32,000 nucleotides of DNA, taken from an uncultured archaeon (lineage in GTDB: Archaea; Iainarchaeota; Iainarchaeia; Iainarchaeales; Iainarchaeaceae). The DNA is taken from the NCBI GenBank assembly GCA_964577555.1, contig CAZNZM010000008.1, forward strand, positions 1-32,000, read 5' to 3'. Both the position numbers and the translations under genes were made by a program. Each line of letters opens with the position of its first letter. The first letter of the stretch is position 1. A model generated the notes under the pieces. That model had not been told where the DNA came from and did not search any database. It was given only the letters and a program-made list of their open reading frames with translations. This document shows positions 1 through 8,190 of this stretch, in pieces.

Positions 1-1350
1 TGGGGTGTAGGTGTAGTTGTGGCAGTTGGTTTGTTCGTATTGTACGTATACTTTGAATGCCCATTCTAGTAGGTCGTAGAATCCGTGTCCTTTTGCGAGG
101 CTTTCTTGAGTTTGTGTGTTGTTGTAGTTGAATTGTGGTGGTTCTGCTTCTTTTGGGTTGTATACTTCTAGTTTGTAGTGTGTGTATTCTGAGTTTTTTA
201 TTATGTCTGTTGCGTTTTGAAGGTTTTGGGTGTCGCAGTATGTGTTGTTGTTTGGGTCTTGTACGCCATTGTTTTGGCATGTTATTGTTCTGTTTGTTAT
301 TATTTCGAATTGTTGGGTTGGTTTACTGTCGTCGCAGTTGGTCCAATCTGATGCGTCATTGCAGCTGTTGATGTTTATTTCTGTTATATATGTTGGTATT
401 TGGTTGTTTGTGTTGTCTGTTTTGTAGAGGCTTAGTGTGTTGCTTGTTTCTATTTTGCTTCCTACTGTTGGGGTTTGGCAGGTTCCTAGTTGTTTGTCGC
501 ATATTTTGTATGTTGCGTTGCTTCCGCATATGTTGGATTTGGCTGTTGTTATGTATTCCCAGTTTGTTTGGTCGTTTGAGCCGTATATGAGTGCGATTGG
601 GTGTAGTGTTTTGTTTGTTATTGTTGGGTTGTTGTTTGGGTTTAGTGATCCTATTCCTATTTCTTCTTGTTGTGAAATTTCTGTGTATGGTTTGTTTGAT
701 GTTGCGTATATTTCTGTGGATTGAAAGTCTTGGTATGCCCAACCGTTTTTTATTCCTGTGTTGTCTTTTTCTATTTCTGCGGTTGTTGCCACTCTTTTGG
801 TTCCTTGTACGGCTCCTCCTATTGTGGATGCTGCGCCTATTATTTTTAGGTGGTCGCTTATTTCTCTGAAGGTGCCGTTATTGCTGCATACTATGGATGA
901 TTCTGAGTTCATGTTGTAGAATGATTTTTCTTCGTATACTGCCATTACGAATGCGTTTTCGAATCCTGTTCCTGCTGCGTATTTTGCTTTGTATATTGTT
1001 GGGCCTACGTTTTTTGAGTAGACGTGTCTTGGTCCTCCGTCTGGGTGTCTTTGTGGTATTGTGTAGTTTGTGTATGTTTCTTGGTGTTCTATAAATTGGT
1101 GTTCGCTGTTTATTATTTTGTTTGTTCCTTTTTCGTCGTATGATATTGTCATTCCTGTTGTTGGGTTTGAGTTTTTTGTTGCGTTTGGGTAGGTTGGTGG
1201 GCATCCTGAGTAGTATGCTCCGTCTGTGTAGTTGTCGCTTATTGATATGCTTGTTGCTGTTGTTTGGTTTGTTATGAGTGTGAGTTGTATTAGTAGTAGT
1301 GTGGTTAGTATGGTTGTTGTGGTTTTGTTTTTTTTTGTTTGGTTTTGCAT
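1..1350 (-). CDS. Secreted/surface protein, 5'-complete but truncated by the left window edge (>=450 aa); not in the supplied ORF track
   Basis: Read by hand: ATG at 1350 on minus strand, then 450 uninterrupted codons to position 1. N-terminus MQNQTKKNKTTTTILTTLLLIQLTLITNQTTATSISISDNYTDGAYYSGC resembles a signal peptide. Body has about 10 Cys and about a dozen N-x-S/T sequons; ordinary globular-looking stretches (GGPRHVYSKNVGPTIYKAKYAAGTGFENAFVMAVYEEKSFYNMNSESSIVCSNNGTFREISDHLKIIGAASTIGGAVQGTKRVATTAEIEKDNTG). Confidence 0.85.
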   Translation of the reverse strand, partial: MQNQTKKNKTTTTILTTLLLIQLTLITNQTTATSISISDNYTDGAYYSGCPPTYPNATKNSNPTTGMTISYDEKGTNKIINSEHQFIEHQETYTNYTIPQRHPDGGPRHVYSKNVGPTIYKAKYAAGTGFENAFVMAVYEEKSFYNMNSESSIVCSNNGTFREISDHLKIIGAASTIGGAVQGTKRVATTAEIEKDNTGIKNGWAYQDFQSTEIYATSNKPYTEISQQEEIGIGSLNPNNNPTITNKTLHPIALIYGSNDQTNWEYITTAKSNICGSNATYKICDKQLGTCQTPTVGSKIETSNTLSLYKTDNTNNQIPTYITEININSCNDASDWTNCDDSKPTQQFEIITNRTITCQNNGVQDPNNNTYCDTQNLQNATDIIKNSEYTHYKLEVYNPKEAEPPQFNYNNTQTQESLAKGHGFYDLLEWAFKVYVQYEQTNCHNYTYTP

Positions 1351-1404
1351 TTTAGAGCCTTTTGTTTTTGTGTTTTTTTTTGTTTAAGAGTTTAACGTTT
1401 TTCA

Positions 1405-1414
1405 TATTTTTATA
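1405..1414 (-). promoter_or_regulatory. Putative archaeal TATA box (TATAAAAATA on minus strand) for the 1..1350 gene
   Basis: Minus strand reads AAAAAAGTATAAAAATATG, about 55 nt upstream of the ATG at 1350, no other gene between. Confidence 0.35.
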
Positions 1415-1644
1415 CTTTTTTAATTCTTTGGTTTTGGTCAAATCCTTATAGCTAGGTATGTTGTTTTATATAGTGTTAAATTCAAAAGATGGCAGTCCTG
1501 CACAAAAACGATAAAATTTAAAAACTTTGAAACTATTCTTTAATCATGTTTGGAAGTAGTTTATTTGATGAGTGTGTATATCTAATTGATAAGTGGTATC
1601 CCTAAACAAAGACATAAAAATGAATTAAAATATGAGATGACTTA

Positions 1645-1941
1645 ATGGATTTTCTTCAAGAAAACTTAAATCGTGCAAATAACTTTTTTTTTAGAAACGT
1701 TTTAATTAAAAAGGAAGATTCAAGAGGATTATGCGATATTGCCGTTGGGAATAGAGCAGTTGGAATAGAATTAAAAAAAGATTTAAATTCAAAGTCCCAG
1801 ATAAACAGACTTCAAGGACAAATTGATGATTATAAAGAAGATTATCAAGAAGGAGTAATTGTTGTTTTGGTTGGAAAAGTAGATAAATATGTTGAAAATG
1901 ATTTGAGACACAAATTAACAAAGAAATTGATTAGATTATAA
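1645..1941 (+). CDS. Small PD-(D/E)xK nuclease-like protein (98 aa), function unknown
   Basis: Protein contains GLCDIAVGNRAVGIELKKDL...QINRLQGQIDDYKEDYQEGVIVVLVG: D followed by an E-x-K on adjacent predicted strands, as in restriction-endonuclease-like folds. Motif-based only. Confidence 0.5.
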   Translation: MDFLQENLNRANNFFFRNVLIKKEDSRGLCDIAVGNRAVGIELKKDLNSKSQINRLQGQIDDYKEDYQEGVIVVLVGKVDKYVENDLRHKLTKKLIRL

Positions 1942-2222
1942 TAATTTTAGATTAAACCAATTTAGAATTAAGTTAATCAATAAGGGCGAAATCAATTTAT
2001 CCAGTTCAAAATCAAACCTTCCAGATCCTTTTGGGTTTAATTTTAAAAGTCTTTTCTAAAGTGGTACTATTTTTTGCAACTTATAAAATAAAAATAATGC
2101 ATATTAAAACTTATCAAACGCTTCTAATATTTTGCTTTCAGGTTATGCAGATTACAGAATTTAGATTTTAAAAGCATTAAATTTATTAAAATATTGTATT
2201 TAAATTTTAAAGTGTGATATAG

Positions 2223-2462
2223 GTGTTAAGCCGTAGAAAAACAAAAAAGCCCGTACCTAAAGTAGTTGGTCCTACAGGTTCAGACTATCAAATAAGAAAA
2301 ATAAGAAACGTGGAAGACTTAGTAAACGTGGAAGACTTAGTGGCAGAATTACGCGCCGAAGAGGTAAAGGCAGGTCCAAACCCTTCACGAAGACCTGTGA
2401 AAAGGATTGCTGAGTTGAAAAGGTTAATAAGACGTTTAAAAGGAGAAGGCAATTTTGATTAA
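2223..2462 (+). CDS. Hypothetical basic protein (79 aa), GTG start
   Basis: ORF with mixed charged composition, GGTG just at/before the start, ends 16 nt before the convergent gene; contains an in-frame duplication. Confidence 0.4.
   Translation: MLSRRKTKKPVPKVVGPTGSDYQIRKIRNVEDLVNVEDLVAELRAEEVKAGPNPSRRPVKRIAELKRLIRRLKGEGNFD
2306..2341 (+). repeat. Perfect 18-bp tandem duplication AAACGTGGAAGACTTAGT x2, in frame (NVEDLV-NVEDLV)
   Basis: Direct reading of 2306-2323 and 2324-2341. Confidence 0.9.
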
Positions 2463-2478
2463 GCCAAAACGTTTTTAA

Positions 2479-4479
2479 TTACAAATTTCTTTTTGCCCAA
2501 ATAAGCGCTATTGCAACAATTCCGATTAGCAGTAAGATCCAAAAAATGTTTTGTGCCGAGCCAAGCCCTGAAAGCCCAATGGATAACCATGAATTTATTC
2601 CGGTAGGCTCTGCGTTTACTGTTTTTGTCTCTTCAGAAGTTTTCACTACTTGGCTTTGAGTATTTTTGTCCAAATCAATTATTTCGTTTTTTTCTTGTGT
2701 TTTGATTATTCTTGAGTATTTTTCGGTTAAAATTGTTTCCTCAATTTTTGTTTGGAAATATACTATTGCCCCTTTTTCAGACAAGCCGTTTAATGCGATT
2801 GTTCTTTTCCCTGAGGAATTTGCTTGTATTAAAAATTCCGAATTTTGCACTTTTACACCGTTTCCATTAACTATTATTTTGGCTTCTTTTGGCGTGGAAT
2901 TAGAAAATTCAAAAGTCAAAAAACCTGAGTCTTTTTTGAATTCAACAATTGCAGGAACATTAATGTTTATTTTTTCATCTTCCTTTTTCTCTTCCACTAC
3001 TTTGACAATGAATTGGCCTGAATTTATTGTACAATTCAAACCAGAATTAAAGTGTCCTCTAATCAAAAAATAAGCAGTCACTTCTTCAGCTTCGGAGTTT
3101 TTTGGTGACATTGCCTTGACTTTTATTGCGCCTTCTTGTTCAGAAAAAATTGTTTTTGAATCTTTTGAAACTTCTATTGCGACACCTTGGCTGTAATTGA
3201 TTGTCTCAATTTTGTCAATTTTAAAGTCTTCAGAACTATGGTTTTTGAAAGTGAAATAAATTGTTTTTTCGTTTCCCTTGGCAACGTTGAAGTTTTGTTT
3301 TACGATTGAAAGCCCATTGCAATTATTAGCTATCGGCTGGGTTTCCCCGTAATAAGTTTTTGTTGTTTCAAGATTGTTTGCAAAAAAAGCGGTTTCTGCT
3401 TCAGGTTTTGCATTTCCTGATTCTTTTTTGTCAACACTATTCTGATTATTGTTATTATTTGAAATAACTTTTTTTTCATTTTCAGCTGCTTGATTTTCGA
3501 TTGCTTTGGTTTCGTAATATTTGTTTTGCACGAAATAAGCCGTGCTTCCGTTTAAAATTTTTGAATTATAATTTCTGTTTTGATTGTTGTTTTCATTCAG
3601 ATAATATTTGGGGTTTTCATAAACCACTACACCAAATTCAGTTTTTGTTTCCCCAGAACCGCAATAAGTTCCATCTTTGAAAGTTCCGTTTACCGAAATT
3701 TCGGCAGGCGCAACTCCGGAAGAAAGATTGTCGGAAGCATCAACTTCAAATTCCACTACTCCGTAATTTCCCGCAGTAATGTATTTGTCAAATTTCAAAT
3801 TTGATGCGTTGACATAATTATTGCCAACATAGATTTGCACGTTATGGACTTCTAAGTCCATTGGCGAGTTGTTGCTCAAAAACAAAAAAGCCTTGGATTT
3901 TTCCCCAGAATAAACTTGGGGATTTTCCCCGGTTATTGCAAGCATGCTGCAATCAGCAATTTTTTGTGGGTGATAAGTTTGTCCTGTTAACGAAGCCGGC
4001 ATTTCCAAGATTGGATAATAATAAGCGCCATAATAAACAGGCCCGTAAACATAAACCCAATCAGGGTAATATATCCATGAAGCATTGTAATAATAGTATG
4101 TTGAAGGATAATAAGCATAGCTAAGGTAATAATTCGGGTAGATTTGATAATAATCATAATAAAGTATGTCTGGTGTTATTGAAGTAGTTGTTACAATAAC
4201 ATCAGGCGCTATTGTAGGACCAATGTCAAAAGAATACCAGCCAGGTTCAAAGTAATAATATTGGCTGTATGAGTAAATTCGGAAAGGGTAATGTATATAG
4301 TAATAAGGTGAAGAACCAACATAAGTTATGTAGCTGTATGGTGTTGCGGTTTTAACATATGTGCCGCCTGTATAAATTTCAAACGCCAAATCGCTATTTG
4401 CAAAAGAAAAATAAACACCATTCGTAATTGTTGCCATCAAAACAGTCACAATCAAGACAAATAATATTTTGATTTTCAT
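2479..4479 (-). CDS. Large cell-surface protein: signal peptide, tyrosine-rich segment, beta-domain-like region, C-terminal transmembrane anchor (666 aa)
   Basis: MKIKILFVLIVTVLMATITNG signal; Tyr-rich segment; repeated sequons; C-terminal IFWILLLIGIVAIALIWAKRNL anchor. Confidence 0.85.
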   Translation of the reverse strand: MKIKILFVLIVTVLMATITNGVYFSFANSDLAFEIYTGGTYVKTATPYSYITYVGSSPYYYIHYPFRIYSYSQYYYFEPGWYSFDIGPTIAPDVIVTTTSITPDILYYDYYQIYPNYYLSYAYYPSTYYYYNASWIYYPDWVYVYGPVYYGAYYYPILEMPASLTGQTYHPQKIADCSMLAITGENPQVYSGEKSKAFLFLSNNSPMDLEVHNVQIYVGNNYVNASNLKFDKYITAGNYGVVEFEVDASDNLSSGVAPAEISVNGTFKDGTYCGSGETKTEFGVVVYENPKYYLNENNNQNRNYNSKILNGSTAYFVQNKYYETKAIENQAAENEKKVISNNNNNQNSVDKKESGNAKPEAETAFFANNLETTKTYYGETQPIANNCNGLSIVKQNFNVAKGNEKTIYFTFKNHSSEDFKIDKIETINYSQGVAIEVSKDSKTIFSEQEGAIKVKAMSPKNSEAEEVTAYFLIRGHFNSGLNCTINSGQFIVKVVEEKKEDEKININVPAIVEFKKDSGFLTFEFSNSTPKEAKIIVNGNGVKVQNSEFLIQANSSGKRTIALNGLSEKGAIVYFQTKIEETILTEKYSRIIKTQEKNEIIDLDKNTQSQVVKTSEETKTVNAEPTGINSWLSIGLSGLGSAQNIFWILLLIGIVAIALIWAKRNL

Positions 4480-4826
4480 TCGTTCACCTTAATATATAGG
4501 CGCTTCCAACCTTAATAAATTTATCCTTTTTTAACTATAATAAGTTAATATATTTGGTTTTTTTGTTTAAAAATTAACTTTTATTAAACATAAAACGCCA
4601 TAATTGTCTGATTTATCCAAAAAAATGGTTTTTTTTGAGGTGCTTTTTGTCTTTTTTTTGCTTGCAAAAATAGTATTTTGCTTTTATAATGTCGATTAGT
4701 TGTTTTGTCATTGAGTCGTTTTTAAAGACAAATTTTTTATATTATTTGAAGTTTTTAGCCAATTACTTAAAAATTGTTAATAGTCAAAAAACCTGTTTAA
4801 TTCATTTTTTTTAATTAGCTATAGAA

Positions 4827-5150
4827 TTATCTTCCGTCGTCTTTTATGTCAATTTTTAAATGTACATTTTCAGGAATTTCAACCCTCATGACCCTTCTTA
4901 AAGTACCGTCGTCGCCGTTTGTGTGTATGTCAATCATTCTTTTATGAACCCGCATTTGCCATTTTTCGTAAGTTTCTGTACCACCGCCACAAGGCCCTTT
5001 TCTTGTAGGAATAACCAGTTTTTTTGTTGGCAATGGAATTATGCCTGAATGCTTTGCACCAGCTTTTTCCGCCACATCAATTATTTTTTTGCAAATCTCT
5101 TCAAGTTTTGCATAATCAGTTGATGAGAGCCTTATCCTTGCAGTTTGCAT
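4827..5150 (-). CDS. rps10: 30S ribosomal protein S10 (uS10)
   Basis: MQTARIRLSSTDYAKLEEICKKIIDVAEKAGAKHSGIIPLPTKKLVIPTRKGPCGGGTETYEKWQMRVHKRMIDI; ATG at 5150 preferred over upstream TTG at 5165. Confidence 0.95.
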   Translation of the reverse strand: MQTARIRLSSTDYAKLEEICKKIIDVAEKAGAKHSGIIPLPTKKLVIPTRKGPCGGGTETYEKWQMRVHKRMIDIHTNGDDGTLRRVMRVEIPENVHLKIDIKDDGR

Positions 5151-5226
5151 AAATACCAATTCCAACCCAAATTTTTAAAAAATCAAATTATCTAAAAACA
5201 AAAAAATTATTGCCAAGGAATTTTTT

Positions 5227-6507
5227 TTACCTTGGCGTTATCTTTAAAATTATTCCCGCAGCGACTGTTTCACCCATGTCCCTTATTGCGAATCTTCCAA
5301 GCTGTGGAAATTTGTTATATTCTTCGCAAGCCAACGGCTTTAAAGGAGTTATTTTGACAATTGCCGCGTCCCCAGTTTTAAGGAATTTGGGGTTTTCTTC
5401 AATTGTTGCACCTGTTTTAGGATCAATTTTTTTGAGTATTTGTGTAAAAGTACAACTTACTTGTGCAGTGTGTATGTGGAACACAGGCGTATAACCAACA
5501 GGAATTGCAGTAGGGTGTTTGAGCACAACAATTTGCGCTTCAAATTCTTTTGCAACTGTTGGCGGATTATTTACATGCCCTATAACATCGCCTCTTGAAA
5601 TGTCTTTTTTTTCAAGTCCTCTGACGTTGATGCCTATATTGTTTCCAGGAATTGCTTCAGGTATTTGCATATGATGTTCTTCAATAGACTTTACTTCGCC
5701 TGTTTTTCCCGAAGGCATTATTATGATTTTATCGTTCGGCTTCAAAACACCTGTTTCAACCCTTCCAACAGGCACCAATCCAACCCCTTTCGGATTATAA
5801 ACATCTTGTATTGGCAATCTAAGCGGCTTGTCTGTTGGCGGAACCGGTGCTTTAAGTTCGTCCAAAGCTTGAACCAAAGTAGGTCCTTTATACCAAGGCA
5901 TTTTGCCTTGCGATTTTGCAACGTTTTCGCCTTCCCAAGCCGAATAAGGTATGAATTTCAATTGGTCTTCCTTATACCCAATGCTTTTAAGCATCTTGAG
6001 CATTTCAGCGTGTACTTCCTTATACTTTGCTTCACTGTATTGGACTTCATCCATTTTGTTAAGTCCTACAATAAGTTGATTGACACCCATTACTTTTGCA
6101 AGAAACGCATGTTCCTTGACTTGTGGCTGCTCTTGCAATATGTTAGCTCCTGCTTTTGAAGCAACAACCAGCACAGCAGCATCAGCTTGCGATGTTCCAG
6201 TAATCATGTTTTTGATAAAGTCTCTGTGTCCTGGAGCATCAATAATCGTAAAATTGTTTTTTTGTCCAGTAAACTTTCTGTAAGCAACATCAATTGTTAC
6301 GCCCCTGTCTCTTTCTTCTTTAAGGTTGTCCATGACATAAGCAAACGCAAACGTGCCTTTTCCCTTTGCCTCTGCTTCTTCTTTTATTTTTCTATACTCT
6401 TGTTCAGGCAAAGCCCCAGTATCGTACAACAACCTTCCGATAGTTGTGGACTTGCCATTGTCAACATGGCCTATGAATACCAAATTAATATGTGGCTTTT
6501 CTGCCAT
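5227..6507 (-). CDS. tuf: Translation elongation factor 1-alpha (EF-1A)
   Basis: [21 protein letters not shown]...[15 protein letters not shown]...GLNKMDE; GGAGGG upstream of ATG 6507. Confidence 0.97.
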   Translation of the reverse strand: MAEKPHINLVFIGHVDNGKSTTIGRLLYDTGALPEQEYRKIKEEAEAKGKGTFAFAYVMDNLKEERDRGVTIDVAYRKFTGQKNNFTIIDAPGHRDFIKNMITGTSQADAAVLVVASKAGANILQEQPQVKEHAFLAKVMGVNQLIVGLNKMDEVQYSEAKYKEVHAEMLKMLKSIGYKEDQLKFIPYSAWEGENVAKSQGKMPWYKGPTLVQALDELKAPVPPTDKPLRLPIQDVYNPKGVGLVPVGRVETGVLKPNDKIIIMPSGKTGEVKSIEEHHMQIPEAIPGNNIGINVRGLEKKDISRGDVIGHVNNPPTVAKEFEAQIVVLKHPTAIPVGYTPVFHIHTAQVSCTFTQILKKIDPKTGATIEENPKFLKTGDAAIVKITPLKPLACEEYNKFPQLGRFAIRDMGETVAAGIILKITPR

Positions 6508-6772
6508 TTTATATCCCTCCAAAAACCTGATAAAACCTCAAAAGAAAGCCAAAGCTCCCCAATTTTAGCTACAAAGTAGTCCCTAAAAAGGTTTAAAAAG
6601 TCATGCCCAAAATGCCAACCAATTTTTTTAAGCTATTTTTATGTTTCATAAAAAAATAAAAAATAAATCAATTTTTTTTGTCTTAGCTCTCGGCTTGTTT
6701 TTTTTAAGACTCTCAAACCAATTTTTTTGCAAAAAATCGTTTTAAAACCATTCTTTACTTTTCGTTTTTTTT

Positions 6773-7360
6773 CTAACCTGCCAATAGTTTTTCCCTAGTT
6801 TTTTTGCGTGATAAAATAAAAATAACTCCAAAAGGTATTAACAGAACCAACAAAGGGTCAATTTCAGGCACAGGGGTTTTTTTCTCTTTAACCATTATAA
6901 CGACAGATTTAGCATTGTCAACTTTTACAGTTTCTGTATCAAGAGTGCACGGGGTACTGCCCGACAGTTTGCAACTTTCAAATTTTATAGTAAATATATA
7001 AATTCCTTTTTCAAAAGTTGGAGGCAAGGCACCACTACTAACAACATTATAAATCAGTATATCGTTTAACTCGTTTCCTCCAAGTGAAGTAGTAATAGTA
7101 ATAGTATAAATCGAATCTTCAGGATTTGTTTTTCCCAATTTTTTTAGTTCTATTTTTATTGTTACTGGATTAATTTGTGGATCAAATTTTTCTATTTTAT
7201 ACCATAGATTTATTTTATCTGGCGTGGGACTTTGATTTAAATAAAAAACATTTCTGCCGTTTGTATTCAAATCCAATTTAATCACGTTTTTTTCCTCTGC
7301 AAAAGATATTTGCGGCAAAAAAAATGACAGGATAATCAAGGCTAAAAAAGCTTTAATCAT
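6773..7360 (-). CDS. Predicted secreted/membrane-anchored protein (195 aa) inserted between fusA and tuf
   Basis: N-terminal signal MIKAFLALIILSFFLPQISFAEE; C-terminal LLVLLIPFGVIFILSRKKTREK anchor; ATG at 7360. Confidence 0.75.
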   Translation of the reverse strand: MIKAFLALIILSFFLPQISFAEEKNVIKLDLNTNGRNVFYLNQSPTPDKINLWYKIEKFDPQINPVTIKIELKKLGKTNPEDSIYTITITTSLGGNELNDILIYNVVSSGALPPTFEKGIYIFTIKFESCKLSGSTPCTLDTETVKVDNAKSVVIMVKEKKTPVPEIDPLLVLLIPFGVIFILSRKKTREKLLAG

Positions 7361-7810
7361 GGCATAATTATGGCTTTTTAATATTTTAACTTTTGTTTTT
7401 CGTTTTAATAGGCGTTGGCTTGGCGTTGTTTGCCAAACAGTGTTTGTTTTTTGCTATTTTAATTCAAAGTTTAACTATTTTTTTTAGCAGGGTATTTTTG
7501 GCGGAATTTTTGTCATTTTTTAATTGTTTTTTTTGTTTAAAATATAAATTGTTTCTTTTGTCTTTGGCTTGTTTTTTTTTAGACAATTTATTTTTTTAGT
7601 TTTGTTTTTCGTTTTTTTTTGCTTTGGCTTGCTGTTTTTTTGAGCTTTTTTTTGGCAACTTTATTTTTTTGTAATTTTTTTTAGCCTGTTTTTTGTTTTT
7701 TTTAGCCGAATTTTTTTTATTTTAAACTTTTTTTGTTTTTTTGCCAAGTTGTTTTTCAAACGGGTTTTTGTTTGATTTTTTTTATTTTTTAATTTAAAAT
7801 TCAAATTATC

Positions 7811-7864
7811 TGTTTTTTTTCTTTGAGGTTTTATTTTTTTTGTCATTGTTTTTTTTTGCGAGCC
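7811..7864 (-). repeat. Module copy 1 of dispersed CTTTGAGGTTTTAT(T)nG...CATTG(T)nGCGAGCC repeat
   Basis: tttttctttgaggttttattttttttgtcattgtttttttttgcgagcc; shares words and order with 8081-8143 and 20081-20141. Confidence 0.7.
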
Positions 7865-8080
7865 GTTTTTTTTTGTTTGTCTTTTTGAGCCGATTTTTAT
7901 TTTTTTTCATTTTTTTTGCAAGTAGTTTTTTTGATGTTTTTTTTGCGAGCTGTTTTTTTTAGCCAAATTTATTTTTTTTATTGGTAAATTGATTTTTTCT
8001 TTCACTTTTGTTTTGAAGCTGTTTTTTTTTATTGCATTTTTTTGCTTGTTTTTACCACTTATTTTTTTAATTTGTTTTTT

Positions 8081-8143
8081 TTGCCAAGTTTTTTCTTTGA
8101 GGTTTTATTTTTTTTGTTTTTGTCATTGTTTTTTTTGCGAGCC
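8081..8143 (-). repeat. Module copy 2 of the dispersed repeat
   Basis: ttgccaagttttttctttgaggttttattttttttgtttttgtcattgttttttttgcgagcc. Confidence 0.8.
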
Positions 8144-8190
8144 AAATTTTTATTTTTTTTTAATTTGTTTTTTTTGCCGTCTGTTGTTTT

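Larger units (their letters stand above)
7400..8190. repeat. T-rich (plus strand) low-complexity block full of T6-T10 tracts separated by short GC-containing words (GCGAGCC, TTTGAGG, GCCAAG)
   Basis: Direct reading; no credible long ORF; recurring words listed under the repeat copies. Confidence 0.85.

Noticed and set aside
135-869. Plus-strand Leu/Phe/Val/Cys-rich ORFs 135..371, 230..427, 390..590, 437..724, 591..869
   Set aside because: Antisense shadows of the A/C-biased coding strand; hydrophobic composition is simply the complement of T/G-rich plus strand.
356-1204. Minus-strand ORFs 356..742 and 878..1204 (Asn/Arg/Thr-rich)
   Set aside because: They are both in the same non-coding frame, shifted relative to the continuous 450-codon secreted-protein frame from ATG 1350; low-complexity shadow translations.
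7400-8190. T tracts as intrinsic terminators of the fusA operon
   Set aside because: T runs are on the plus strand, whereas the operon is transcribed from the minus strand, so the transcript would be A-rich, not U-rich. Possible for antisense transcripts only.
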